Virus record (IMG/VR): IMGVR_UViG_3300006737_000020
Span: 1 to 64,000 of that record
DNA: 64,000 nt
DNA from: a virus
Reading direction: 5' to 3' (one strand)
In this document: one piece after another, positions 47,085 to 59,000 of the stretch
Numbering within the stretch: the stretch's first letter is position 1
How the letters are laid out: each line of letters begins with the position of its first letter
The notes under the pieces: generated by a model
What the model was told of the DNA's origin: nothing
Database searches by the model: none
The model's input: the letters and a program-made list of their open reading frames with translations, nothing else
Program-made: the position numbers and the translations under genes

Positions 47085-50000
47085 CTAATCTCGTAAAGCG
47101 TTCATTTGTTGCATTGATGTACTAATACCATCATCAAATCCAGTTATAGCTACTATAACATCTATTAATATTTGCGATTCAACTTCGGTGCCATCATCAA
47201 CTAAATCAAATCCTTTTATTAATCCTGGGTCATGATCTAAAATCATATGCATAACTCTATCTCCTCCTTGTGATCCATCAAATACTAAATTAACTCCACC
47301 TGTAACAGCCCTTGTATAATCAGACACGTTACCATTTGTCACTGTCACAACTTTGGTTGCAAAATTGGTTGCTACTGCAGAACCTGATAACAACATGCTT
47401 GATGCAGTTATTTGTCCATTTGCTTTCAAGAATGTTTGTCCTCCATCTCCTGAATTACTTGTAAGTTGTGTGCTATCAAATTGCCATCCTGCTATTTGAT
47501 TGTCATCTGAACCTGCTGTTTCTCCTAGATGGAATATTGTCCCGCCGGCTCCATTACTTGTTTTTCCTTCAATACCCCATGTATCAACATCATGGTCTTG
47601 ATACATTCTAACATAGTTGGAAGTACCTACTCCCGTTCCATCAGATGAAATTCTAATTTCTGTTTGTCCTGAATCTGCAGAACTTTGTCCCATCCATATC
47701 ATTCCGCCTGCAGAGTCATACTTTATATAATTATTTGCAATCAACCAACCACCTATTTCACCTGCTGATGATGTGATAGCTCCACCTTTATCAACTTTGA
47801 AATTACCAGTATCTATTATATAATGGCCTGCAGAATTAATAGTTAAGTTTGTTGCGGCCAAATCAAATGTTTCTGCTTTCATTGTTAATGCAGTTCCATC
47901 TTTCTTAAGATAATTATTTGCATCTCCATATGCAAGGAAGTCACCAGTACCATCCATGTATATACCAGCATTTGTTCCTGCCACAGATGTGTTTGGAGTT
48001 GAACCTAATGCAATCTTACCTGAATTGGTTCCACTATCTAATATCATAGTTGATGTTGCAAGATCAAATGTATTAGCTTTAATTTCAACTGATGTACCAG
48101 ATGCATCAAATTTTACAAAGTTAGTTGAATTACCATATGCAAGGAAACTACCATCTCCGTCCATATAAATACCTTTATTGGTTCCGGCTACAGATGCATT
48201 TGGTGTAACACCTAATGTTAAAATACCACTACCACTCAAGATGGCATTACCACCTTTTATTTTATCAGTTGATATTGTCCAACCACCTACAGTTCCATCA
48301 TGAATAGATGGTTCTTTGTATGCATATACTCGATCAACAATTAATGGATCTCCAGCTGCTATATCAGTCCAATTTAAAACAATTAATGAAGCCCATTTAG
48401 CTGTGCTAGTTGGTCTATATATAAATTCATAATCTGTAAATGAAGTTGCAACAGGTCCATTTTCAACACTTGTTCCAGCTATTCTTTCAAATTGGAATGA
48501 ACCACTTGAATTTTGAGTTCCTTGCGTCACTTGCCTTGTAGCTTCTTGTACGCCAGCTTCTGAGATACTAGCATTATAAGATACATGAGTATCTCCAGAA
48601 TCTAACTCAGAATCATATTCTTGCATTCTAATATAAAGTCCGGATGAATCAACTACTTCTCCTCGAAGCCTTACTTGTACTCGATATTCAGATCCAACTG
48701 ATACATGAAAGGCTGGCCAGCCAGCGCCAATATGGGCATCACTATCATTAACAATTACTAGTTGTTGACTTGCTGCTAAACTTCCAGAAAAACTAATATT
48801 GGTTGCGGTTGCACCACCATACACGGCTTTTACTCCGGCTGGTCTTCCATCAGGCGCAGCTAATTCAAAATTAGGATTATAAATTAAAGAACTTCCTTGA
48901 GTGGTTGAACCTGTCTGATTCAATGTATTGGCTTCTGTTAAATCTGAAGTTCCAATAGTTACTGTTCCTGCAAATCCTGCATTACCTGTTGCTGTATCAA
49001 CATAGAATTGTTTTGTATGAATTCCATCTGCACCAATGGTTATATCTGCATTGTTTGCGGCAAATCCAGAAGTGTCTTTTGTTCCAGAATATATTGCATC
49101 TTCTTCAATTGTAAAGCCTGCTATTAATCCACCAGATGCTGATATTCCTCCTGATACAATTAAATCTGTTCCGTCAAATTCTAATGATGGATTTGTATCT
49201 CCACCCATTTTAAATGTGCCATCATTAAGATTAAACTCAGATCCTACTTGGCCACCATCGGTCCAATTATTAGATTGCACTTTACCAGTTTTAACCATAT
49301 CACCAGTTATTTTGGTAATACCTTGTTGATATGATTCTTGGTCTAAATCTTTCTTAAGTAGGAAGTCTAAACAACGTTCCAATGGTGTTTCTTTAATATA
49401 ATTATATCTTGTAGTTGATATAATTATTCTACCTCCTCTTGGATTAGTACCATAAAATGCTAAATAGGCTGCAGTTGTATTTGTAGCTATATTACCAGTA
49501 TCTGATATTGTAGGTATCGAACCAGATATTGCAATTGGTGCATATGTAGAACCTCCTCCATCTGAATAAACTGTTATTGGAATATTACCTGTATCAGCAG
49601 GAGCCGAATCTGACCATACCGACCAACCTTGACCGATTGGATCTGTTTCTTGCAATCCAGATCCTGTTGCTATATGACCGTTTTCATATGGATTTGATGC
49701 AACACCACTAGTATGCTGTTTAATAGGATAATCAGTACCACCTGATCCGGTTACATCTGCACCTGCCATATTATTCGCTTGTACAAATACAGACTGTCCT
49801 TCATCAAATAGATTCATAACCATCTGTTCTTTTTCTACATTCCATACTTCACCTGAAAATACATATAAATCATATCCTTGATCGTAACCTAAAATATCCG
49901 AAGGCGTAGTTGAACCTGTAGTTGTATTTTCAAAGTAATTTGTATATCCTAATGAACTTGAAATAACTCTACTACCTGGTGTAGGATCTGCTGAAGCTGA

Positions 50001-53000
50001 TTCTATTAATGCAATTCTATAATCTGCCTTTGTTTTATTTGGCATATAAAATGATTCAGAATTTTGTACTTGAATATTTCCTATTATTTGTAATGATGCA
50101 TCAGCTGCGCTCCACATCAATGAACCAGTACTATCTCCTCCTAAATAGAAGTTACCAGCACTATCCATATAAGTTGCAAAACCACCATTATAATATCCCA
50201 TGTATTGAGATGTTAAATTTAATCCTTCAGCTGCTGTATTTGTTGTCAATGTGAATCCATCTCCTCCAAATGCATAATTGGATGGATTATGTAATGATGT
50301 AGTAGCTGCGTTAGTTGTATAAGGTCCTAACATTGAACTGGTTGCTGTTTCTTCTATGAATCCTCCAATCAATAATGTAGTACCGTCCCAAGATAATTTT
50401 GGATTGCTAGAACCTCCTAACTTGAATGTTCCATTATCTAAACTAAATTCAGAACCAACTGATGGGCCCCAATTATTTGATCTTAAATGTCCTGATGTTA
50501 TAGAATCTCCTTCAATGATTGTTCTACCAACACCTGCATTAGGACTTAAATATAATGCTTGAACTTCTTCATCAGTTAATGAACCAGTATAAATTCTAAA
50601 GTCATCTATTTCACCTTTAAAATTATATGCATATTGTGCTCCTTGGTATCCTCCGATGTTAAGATCTGCTCCTACAGCTGGTCCCATTGTTGGATTTCTA
50701 TATTTTGCCCAACCTTTCCATTGACCATTAATATATAAACTTGCAGTCAATGTTAATGTATCATTTACAACAGCAAAGTGAGTCCATAATCCATCATATT
50801 CTTGCCAAGTAACATCTGGTCCTCCTGGATATTCTTGGAAAGGATTATTGTCACCATCACCTGTATTCCATAATATTTTAGTGCCATTAAACCAAAGATC
50901 TAATTGAGCATTATTACCAGCACCACCAACACCAGCTACTAATGCTCCTCCTCCGTGAGGATTTGTAAATGAAGTATCTGCATCAACTGAAAATGACATT
51001 TGAGAAGTATCTGATTTGTCTATCTTTAGCCAATGTGCAAATGTATGGTTATCATATAATTGTATTGGATTCAATGTTAACTTACCAGTTTTATCAGTTA
51101 CACCTGGAAATACTGCAGAACCACCTATTTTGGCACTTGAAGAATTGCATGTAACGGCCGTACCGGCGTCTATCTGAATGGTTCCATTTTCATGTTGTCT
51201 AAATCCTGACACATCTTGTAATAAACTACTTGAACCAAAAGATCCAGTTGATATAAATCCATCAAATGGTAAATGTAAAATTAATCCTTCACTTGGAGGA
51301 GCGGTTGGTAATGAACTTACTTCAATCTTTCCTTTGAAATATCCATTGGTTGTATAAATACCATGACCAGTTACTCCATCACTAAATGAACTATCTGTTA
51401 TTCCTGATAAATCTCCTACTTGTGCTGCAAGATTCAAATCATATAATCCTGAACCTGTTCTTTCTACAATTTGCATATATGGTGTAAATGGGTCATTTGG
51501 ATTGGCATTTAATCTAATATATCCAGTATTAATTTTACCTGTTGATACAATTACCTGAGAACCTGTATATGATTGTGCAGCAAATGGAGAATCTCCTAAT
51601 GAACCTGATGGTCCATGAGTAGGAGAACCATCATAACTTATACTCCTAGTTACAAATAAGAAGCCACCAAAGTCAGTATCGCTTGATGCATCAAATCTAG
51701 AAGCTGATTGAACTCTTACGTACTCTGTAGTAAATCCAGTTGATGATACTTTTTTAAGTGATAATATTTCTCCATATGTAAATCCAGATACATTTGCAAT
51801 TGACATTGTTGTATCTGTTGCATCATGAAAGGCTCCTGGATGTAATGCTGATCCTGTTAACACTGATGAGTTTGCAACATATAATTGTCCACCAACCGCA
51901 TTAACTGTTTCTTTTTCAAATACTGCAGTAGATAATGTTCCTCTTATTCTTGCATTCTCTACTTCTAGGAATCCTCCTGACACCGCAGTTAATCTAAATC
52001 CTGAACCTGCTAAGTTTGAAACAAATCCATCTGATTCAATAGTTCCTTCTTTTCTGATGATCATATTACCACCAGTTAATTTTTCATTATCAAATGCCCA
52101 ACCAGCAATTTGATTATCTTCTTCTCCTGATTCTACATTGGCTCCTAAAGCAAATAATATATTGCCTCCAGATTTGCCCATCAATCCCCAATTATCACTT
52201 GCAGCAAAATGTGTTCTTACAAAATCATCTGCAGATTTTCTAACAAGTAATTCAGGAGTAGCTCCTCCTTCAAGGAATGCATTTGATGATGATAACATAT
52301 CACCGTTTATATTCCAACCTGCAATATCTCCTCCATCAAATAATACCTGTGATCCAGTTATTCTACCATCAGATCTTAATATCAAGTCTTCATTTAATGA
52401 TTTAATTACATCTGTTTGTACTTCAAATCCACCAATACTTGCAGATACAAATTTGGCTAAACCTTGAGATGTAATAGATGCAGATGCATTTGATAATGTT
52501 GATGGCGATCCTCCAATTGAAGCAGGAGTTTGAATATTATCAGCTGTAATTGTTCCTTGTACTGTTAATGTACTTCCTAAAAATTGTAAGAAGTTACCAG
52601 CTGCTTTATCACCTAATAATATATCAGAACCTGTAATTGTTCCATCAGCTGATACTTTAAATGCTGAAGAAGATATAAATGATACTGGATCTGCTGTATC
52701 TAATGATGCTGATATTCTCCATCTATTAGATCTATATAAAGAACCACTTATAAAATTAATTCCAGCTATTTGATTTTCTGATCCTAATTCAAATATTTTT
52801 TCTGTTCCTACTGTTCCTAATAGTCCCCAATCAGTTGCACTATTATAAAACATATTTACTGTATTATTTGTATCAGATTGTACTTTTACAAACGGTGTAT
52901 TATCTCCTTGCAATACAATATAATCACTTGTAGATTTTAAATTTGTTCCATCTATTGTCCATCCAGCTACCACTCCTCCATCAAATTGTACATCAGATCC

Positions 53001-56000
53001 TGTTACTTCACCTGAGTGTTTTACTTTAAATGTACTTGAACTAATAAAATATGTTTGAGTAGAATCATTTAATTCTACCCCTGAGGTTTCTAAACTATGG
53101 TCTCCTAATGTAAATCCTCCTATCAATCCTGCACTTGCAGATACTCTACCATCTGAATCTACTTGGAAACCTGAAGATGAAATATGATATGGTCCATCTG
53201 CATCTAATATAACTGAATTATTACTTGATGATAATGTAGTTGTTCCTATACCCCAACCACCAATAGTTCCTCCTGCTTCTGCGGTGATTGTTCCTTGCAT
53301 GATAACATCACCTTGTCTATCTAAATGGAAATTAGATGATGTAATTTCTATTGCTCCATTTGCACCAGATATAAACGAATCATCACCTCCTAGGAAGAAT
53401 GAATCAGTACGTATTTCTAAACCAGCTGGTTTTCCAGAAATTGATCCTGATGTTGCAAATCTGAAGAAACTTGATGAGTCTTGTACAAGTTCTAATCCTA
53501 CACCACCATAGCCATCTGGGGAGTCAGGTAAAACAGATGCACTATAAAATAAGAATCCTGATCCTTTACCTGCAGATGCAGATGTAAATCCTTGATAACC
53601 TATAGACCTAATAAATGCTGAACTAACACCTGCAAGTTCTATACCAGATCCTACTGTATTACCAATTGTTATTGAACCTGTTATAAGTCCGCTATCACCT
53701 TCAAAATAATTGTTATCGCCATCAAATATAGCTCCTTGGGCATAAGTTTCAGTTTGTGCAGGAGCTCCTAAATAATCTACATATTGGAATCGGAATGCCA
53801 TTGGTGCATTCATTGCATCAGTTGGTATTCGAATATTCAATGTATGGAAGTTAGGAGAAAATCCTGTATCTAGATTTGCCGTTAAAGATATATTTGTAAT
53901 AAACCAACTTCCTTTTCTAATTACAAATATTGGTGTAAATGTTTCTGTATATTCAGGTACAAATTCTACTCTATTAAATACTGCTGCTCCTCCTGCTACT
54001 GATTCAAGAGTTCCTAAATAATTTCCATATTGTGAATCTGTAAATGGACCTGTTAATCCTCCACCTATCTGTGATTGCTGGATACCTCCATTATATGTTC
54101 TTGCATCACTTATTGATGAACCTGACATATATACATCTATCCTTGCATCTGTAGGAGATACATTTTGAGCATTCATTGAACCTGTATTAATTGCCTTTGC
54201 AAAAAACTGAAATGCATATTCTGAATTTGCAAAACATATTGGTCTAAATTCTTTTTTCAATTGCATTTTAACACCTGTATTTTGTGTTAATGGATCAGTT
54301 GATTTTATTTGTATAGATTCATTTAAAGTATCCATATCAAATTTTCCTTCACCACCAGTGAATTCATAATACAATCCAATATGGTTTTGATCTGCAATTT
54401 GTCCTATTTTAGTTTCTGTTAATCCTAATGTTACATCAGCTGAAGTAGATCCTGTATCGACCATCACTTCTTGTAATTCTAATATTGATGTTCCAGTATC
54501 TATAAAGTCTCCTGGAGCTCCCATCATTTTATAAGAAGTTTTAACTCCCATTACATCACCAGTTGCTGGTTCTATATTTGATAATTTAATATGAGCAAAT
54601 GACATTGAATTTTCTGTCTCAGCTGTCATTTGTGGAACCCAGAAGCTCATTGTCACAGTTGATGGATTAAAGTCAATTATATGTTCTCCATCTTGAGGTT
54701 TACTAACTCTTCCAACTGAGAAATCAAATGCCGGAGATAATTTAGCTGTGGTTGAATTTTCTATATCTACAATTGTTGCAACATATGTACAATCTATTGT
54801 TTTTGATCCTCCTCCTTCACTTACATGTTCACTTGCTGCTGATACATGGACTGCCTCTCCTGCTGAATTTAACCATGTATCATTTGGAACGGTAGCTACT
54901 GGTCTATTAATTATTACTGTTGCACCTAAATGTAAACTACCTGTTAATGGTAGTCCTACAAATGTTGCTGTTGTGGTATCAGGTGGATTATATACAACGG
55001 TTTGGATTGATGTAACTTCATTTTGAGGAGCTGCCATCAAATCAGCCGCGGCCTTAGTTGGTGGTGGTAATGCTGTTAATGTAGTTCCACCAGGTCCTTG
55101 ATTACCAACATTTCCAAGTGCATTATTTATAACCTGTGCCGGATCGGCTATCTGTAACTGTGTCTTTGTTTGTGCTGCAGTTAAATTATTTATTGTACCT
55201 GCAACTGCTGGTGAATTGGCTAATGTAGATGGCATTGCAGATGCTACCTTTGATTTTCCCATTGCTTTTGCAATTGTCTTACCAGAAAATTGTGCTTCTT
55301 GTACCATCACCATATTTGCATTTGCTTGTGCCTGTGCTGCAAATGCAGGCCAAACAGCTGTTACTACTTGGTTTGCAATTCCTGCTGCAGTAGGTACAGA
55401 TATATTTGTAGTTATAGTTGAATATCCTCCTGCAGGTCCCGTTCCTGAAACTGACATACCTGTTGCAACAGATCCTGATACTTGTTTAAAGAATGTTGGC
55501 AGATCAGTTATCTGGGCAAATGTTTTTACTTGTTCTGAAATAGCTACTTTAGGTTGTTGTAAAAATATTATTTCTGAACCATTTCTTCTATTTGGTGCAA
55601 TTCTTGTTGTACGTTTCCATAATACATTTGGTAAATTTTTATATAAGTCTGAATTTTGATCTGAACTATATCTATACCTCTGTCCTGATTCCGGATCAAG
55701 CTGCATACGACCAGCTAAATAAAATGTACATCTTCCTTCTGGTGTATCTGGATATACCCATACGGCTAATACCCTTACACCATCTTTTTCCATATATGGA
55801 AGTACATCATAATAAACTGGATCGCCATTATAATCTAATATTTCTACATATATATTAGAATCATCTACTAGTGAGTCAGGATCACCACGAAACTTAAACA
55901 CATTTTTACCTGCTGTTAATGTTTCTGGAAATTCTACTACTTCGAAAAAGTCTTTGGATAATGGATCACGATCAACTACGTCATACCGTAACTGTTCATT

Positions 56001-56042
56001 ATCTTTTAATCCTATATAAGAGGCTTCTCTTCTTATCGGCAT
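47085..56042 (-). CDS. Giant modular tail fibre/baseplate protein with LamG and CBM-like domains
   Basis: 2985 aa; repeated IGG(W/F) and IAGW beta units; LamG (WTHFAVV...LYING...FKGEIDDFRIY); SLIYNPNFE CBM-like domain. Confidence 0.78.
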   Translation of the reverse strand: MPIRREASYIGLKDNEQLRYDVVDRDPLSKDFFEVVEFPETLTAGKNVFKFRGDPDSLVDDSNIYVEILDYNGDPVYYDVLPYMEKDGVRVLAVWVYPDTPEGRCTFYLAGRMQLDPESGQRYRYSSDQNSDLYKNLPNVLWKRTTRIAPNRRNGSEIIFLQQPKVAISEQVKTFAQITDLPTFFKQVSGSVATGMSVSGTGPAGGYSTITTNISVPTAAGIANQVVTAVWPAFAAQAQANANMVMVQEAQFSGKTIAKAMGKSKVASAMPSTLANSPAVAGTINNLTAAQTKTQLQIADPAQVINNALGNVGNQGPGGTTLTALPPPTKAAADLMAAPQNEVTSIQTVVYNPPDTTTATFVGLPLTGSLHLGATVIINRPVATVPNDTWLNSAGEAVHVSAASEHVSEGGGSKTIDCTYVATIVDIENSTTAKLSPAFDFSVGRVSKPQDGEHIIDFNPSTVTMSFWVPQMTAETENSMSFAHIKLSNIEPATGDVMGVKTSYKMMGAPGDFIDTGTSILELQEVMVDTGSTSADVTLGLTETKIGQIADQNHIGLYYEFTGGEGKFDMDTLNESIQIKSTDPLTQNTGVKMQLKKEFRPICFANSEYAFQFFAKAINTGSMNAQNVSPTDARIDVYMSGSSISDARTYNGGIQQSQIGGGLTGPFTDSQYGNYLGTLESVAGGAAVFNRVEFVPEYTETFTPIFVIRKGSWFITNISLTANLDTGFSPNFHTLNIRIPTDAMNAPMAFRFQYVDYLGAPAQTETYAQGAIFDGDNNYFEGDSGLITGSITIGNTVGSGIELAGVSSAFIRSIGYQGFTSASAGKGSGFLFYSASVLPDSPDGYGGVGLELVQDSSSFFRFATSGSISGKPAGLEIRTDSFFLGGDDSFISGANGAIEITSSNFHLDRQGDVIMQGTITAEAGGTIGGWGIGTTTLSSSNNSVILDADGPYHISSSGFQVDSDGRVSASAGLIGGFTLGDHSLETSGVELNDSTQTYFISSSTFKVKHSGEVTGSDVQFDGGVVAGWTIDGTNLKSTSDYIVLQGDNTPFVKVQSDTNNTVNMFYNSATDWGLLGTVGTEKIFELGSENQIAGINFISGSLYRSNRWRISASLDTADPVSFISSSAFKVSADGTITGSDILLGDKAAGNFLQFLGSTLTVQGTITADNIQTPASIGGSPSTLSNASASITSQGLAKFVSASIGGFEVQTDVIKSLNEDLILRSDGRITGSQVLFDGGDIAGWNINGDMLSSSNAFLEGGATPELLVRKSADDFVRTHFAASDNWGLMGKSGGNILFALGANVESGEEDNQIAGWAFDNEKLTGGNMIIRKEGTIESDGFVSNLAGSGFRLTAVSGGFLEVENARIRGTLSTAVFEKETVNAVGGQLYVANSSVLTGSALHPGAFHDATDTTMSIANVSGFTYGEILSLKKVSSTGFTTEYVRVQSASRFDASSDTDFGGFLFVTRSISYDGSPTHGPSGSLGDSPFAAQSYTGSQVIVSTGKINTGYIRLNANPNDPFTPYMQIVERTGSGLYDLNLAAQVGDLSGITDSSFSDGVTGHGIYTTNGYFKGKIEVSSLPTAPPSEGLILHLPFDGFISTGSFGSSSLLQDVSGFRQHENGTIQIDAGTAVTCNSSSAKIGGSAVFPGVTDKTGKLTLNPIQLYDNHTFAHWLKIDKSDTSQMSFSVDADTSFTNPHGGGALVAGVGGAGNNAQLDLWFNGTKILWNTGDGDNNPFQEYPGGPDVTWQEYDGLWTHFAVVNDTLTLTASLYINGQWKGWAKYRNPTMGPAVGADLNIGGYQGAQYAYNFKGEIDDFRIYTGSLTDEEVQALYLSPNAGVGRTIIEGDSITSGHLRSNNWGPSVGSEFSLDNGTFKLGGSSNPKLSWDGTTLLIGGFIEETATSSMLGPYTTNAATTSLHNPSNYAFGGDGFTLTTNTAAEGLNLTSQYMGYYNGGFATYMDSAGNFYLGGDSTGSLMWSAADASLQIIGNIQVQNSESFYMPNKTKADYRIALIESASADPTPGSRVISSSLGYTNYFENTTTGSTTPSDILGYDQGYDLYVFSGEVWNVEKEQMVMNLFDEGQSVFVQANNMAGADVTGSGGTDYPIKQHTSGVASNPYENGHIATGSGLQETDPIGQGWSVWSDSAPADTGNIPITVYSDGGGSTYAPIAISGSIPTISDTGNIATNTTAAYLAFYGTNPRGGRIIISTTRYNYIKETPLERCLDFLLKKDLDQESYQQGITKITGDMVKTGKVQSNNWTDGGQVGSEFNLNDGTFKMGGDTNPSLEFDGTDLIVSGGISASGGLIAGFTIEEDAIYSGTKDTSGFAANNADITIGADGIHTKQFYVDTATGNAGFAGTVTIGTSDLTEANTLNQTGSTTQGSSLIYNPNFELAAPDGRPAGVKAVYGGATATNISFSGSLAASQQLVIVNDSDAHIGAGWPAFHVSVGSEYRVQVRLRGEVVDSSGLYIRMQEYDSELDSGDTHVSYNASISEAGVQEATRQVTQGTQNSSGSFQFERIAGTSVENGPVATSFTDYEFIYRPTSTAKWASLIVLNWTDIAAGDPLIVDRVYAYKEPSIHDGTVGGWTISTDKIKGGNAILSGSGILTLGVTPNASVAGTNKGIYMDGDGSFLAYGNSTNFVKFDASGTSVEIKANTFDLATSTMILDSGTNSGKIALGSTPNTSVAGTNAGIYMDGTGDFLAYGDANNYLKKDGTALTMKAETFDLAATNLTINSAGHYIIDTGNFKVDKGGAITSSAGEIGGWLIANNYIKYDSAGGMIWMGQSSADSGQTEIRISSDGTGVGTSNYVRMYQDHDVDTWGIEGKTSNGAGGTIFHLGETAGSDDNQIAGWQFDSTQLTSNSGDGGQTFLKANGQITASSMLLSGSAVATNFATKVVTVTNGNVSDYTRAVTGGVNLVFDGSQGGDRVMHMILDHDPGLIKGFDLVDDGTEVESQILIDVIVAITGFDDGISTSMQQMNALRD

Positions 56043-56092
56043 ATATGTTCCCTAGTTTTACCTTAAATATTTATTATAAATATGGTAAAACA

Positions 56093-59000
56093 TTAATTAT
56101 AGGAAATATTTGAGTAGCCGTTTGTCTTTTTAATTTCAATTAATTTATCTACTATGTCTCGCATTGCATCTATATGAGAAATACACATAATAAATCCAAA
56201 CTGTGATTTTAAATAATCAAATAACATATACATTGAATTAAGATTGTCTGAATCTAATACTCCAAAACCTTCATCAATTGCAAGAAAATTTGGCCTAGGA
56301 AGATTTGATACATTTATTAGAGAAGTTCTAATAGCTAATGATGAAATAAATTTCTCCATACCAGATGTTAATTCTAATGGCCAGTAATTATCATCATCAT
56401 ATACAATAAATGCATTTATATTTTTGCCATCTGTATGTAATATAATTGTAAATTCAACAATTTGATTTAAGATATTATTTATTTCAGCTTCTATTTGTGG
56501 AAGTGCTCTAGTTATTAAATGATAAGGAACTCCATTACGCTGAACTGCTTTTTGATAATATTCATATCCTTGATATTGTTGTTCTAATGATTTTAATCTA
56601 TTAATACCATCAATTGCATCTTGTCTAGACTTTTCAGCCATTTTTAATTTACCTGAAAGAGATAATAGTTTAGTATGTAATTGTCCTAATTCTGAACTTA
56701 CTGTTGTTATTTCTTCTCTAATTTCAGATATTTCAGAATTTTTAGTTTTATTAAATTCAATATTATCTTTTTGTTTTTGAGATTTTGTTAATTGTTTTTT
56801 CTTATCACGTATATCATTATTTATAGATTCAATATCCCATTTACACTTTTCTAATTCATGTTTATATGCAATTAATGTTCCATTATTTATTCCTAATGAA
56901 TGTTTTAAATCAGCTAAAACTTTTAATTTTTCTTTTGGTTTATCTTCATGTTCTATTTTTGCAATACCATCTTCATGATGTTTAATATCAAATTCTAAAA
57001 CTTGTTCTTCATCAATTAATTTAGGCAATAAGTCTGCAACTTGTTGAGTTTCTTTTAACCATGGATTAGCCATACAATAACTACAATCTTCATCCCATTC
57101 ATGTTTGTCTAATTTTGAAACCATTTTTTGAGCATGTTGTATTTTTAATTGTTTTAATTTAAGATCGTTATTTAATTTAATAACAGTATCATTATAATCT
57201 TTTAATTCTACTAATGCATCTTTTAAAGATTGTTCATCAATCTTATTTATTTTTTGGGTTATTTCTTTTATTAATTTTTGTTGAGACTTAATTAAATCTT
57301 TTTGATGTTCTCGGTCTAATTTTAAATTTCCAATTCTATCAGATAATTGAGTAATTTCATATTTAATATCATCTGGTGAATCTAATGTATCATCAACTTT
57401 TTTTAATTCTTTTGTTAACGAAAAAATGATATCATTGAGATTTGTTTTCATTTCTTCATGTTCTGTCTTGTCAACTTTCATTTGTTCATATGATCCGGTA
57501 TATTGAGATATAATTTCCCTAGCAGTTGATAAATCAGTTGAAAAATCTTTTCTTTTGTATTCTCTTATTAATGCAGCTGTTTCTCTAATATCTTCATGGC
57601 CTACCAAATATTGTTGTTCAAAAATATCAATATCTAAAAACTGTGATAATAAATCTTTTCGTTCTCTTTGAGTTTTATCAATAAAGCCTGTATTATTATT
57701 TTGTAATGATAATGCTGTTAATACAAAGTCTTCATATGATCCAAGATATTGTCTTATACTTTTATTTGTAGAATCTCTTTGGTCTCCATTTAATGATTCT
57801 TCATTTCCGTCTTTATCAACTCTCCAAAAATTTACATCTACTTTTACATGACCACGATTATTCTTTTTTCCTGTCCTTTCAATAAAGTATATATATTTTC
57901 CTAATTCAAATTCAAACTTACAATGGAATCTAGATTTTTTATTATTTAATACATGAGCAGCTTTTTTTGTACGACTACATCTATCAAAACAAGTAAATGC
58001 TAATGCATCTAATAATGTTGATTTACCAGATGCATTTGGTGCAAATAATCCATATGTTCCATTCATATTTGAAAAATCAATTTCATTATCTTCACCATAA
58101 CTAAACATGTTTGAAAATTCAAATTTCTTAGGTTGCCAAGTAATATTTCTTGTTAATGTATTAGTTGGTAATTTTGAATGAACGGTTCTATTTATATGTC
58201 TAACTGTATCTAGCAATTCATCATCAAGCGCAAATTCATCTGTTAGATATTCTGTAATAACATTGTTTTGCCATTCTACATCTCGCACATTTCCAAAATT
58301 AATTTTATTTTTTGAATCTGTTGTATTTAATGCATTTATTTTTTGAATTGAAATATCTTGGACTTTATATTTAGATCGAATATCTGCAATTATTTGTTTT
58401 AAGGTTCCAGAATCTGTATCTTTTACTTTTAATCTCAATCTTGGTTTTTTAGGTACTCTTGAGTCTGGATTGATAATTTTGCCATTATCAATTTCGTATG
58501 TATAATAACCATAATCATTTTCAATTTCAACAAATTCAGATTTTTTAGTTTTTAAATCCCAAATCATTATTCCATGACCTAAAGATTCTCCATGATTTTG
58601 TTGAATTAAAGAACCAGCATATGCAATTGTTTTCTTATCATCTAAATATTGTGGTTTATGGATATCACCTAATAATACCAAATCATGTCCTATAAACATA
58701 TCTGTTGTAACATGAGTATTACTTAATGTAAATCCAGCATCTGTTGATGCGTTATGTACCGAACCATGATGTAATGCTATCTTAAAATTACCTTCAAAAT
58801 CAGATGCTTTTATATATTTTGCAGGCTTTTCATCCACCGCCATTACGTTAAAGTGTACACCTTGGATATCATATACATCGTTGTCTTTAAGATAGTGTAA
58901 GTTCTTATGATTGATGGCTTTAACAATAGGACTTAAGGCATCCAGTCTATAATTGTTATTTAGGTTACAATCATGATTTCCTAAAATTACTATGGTAGGT

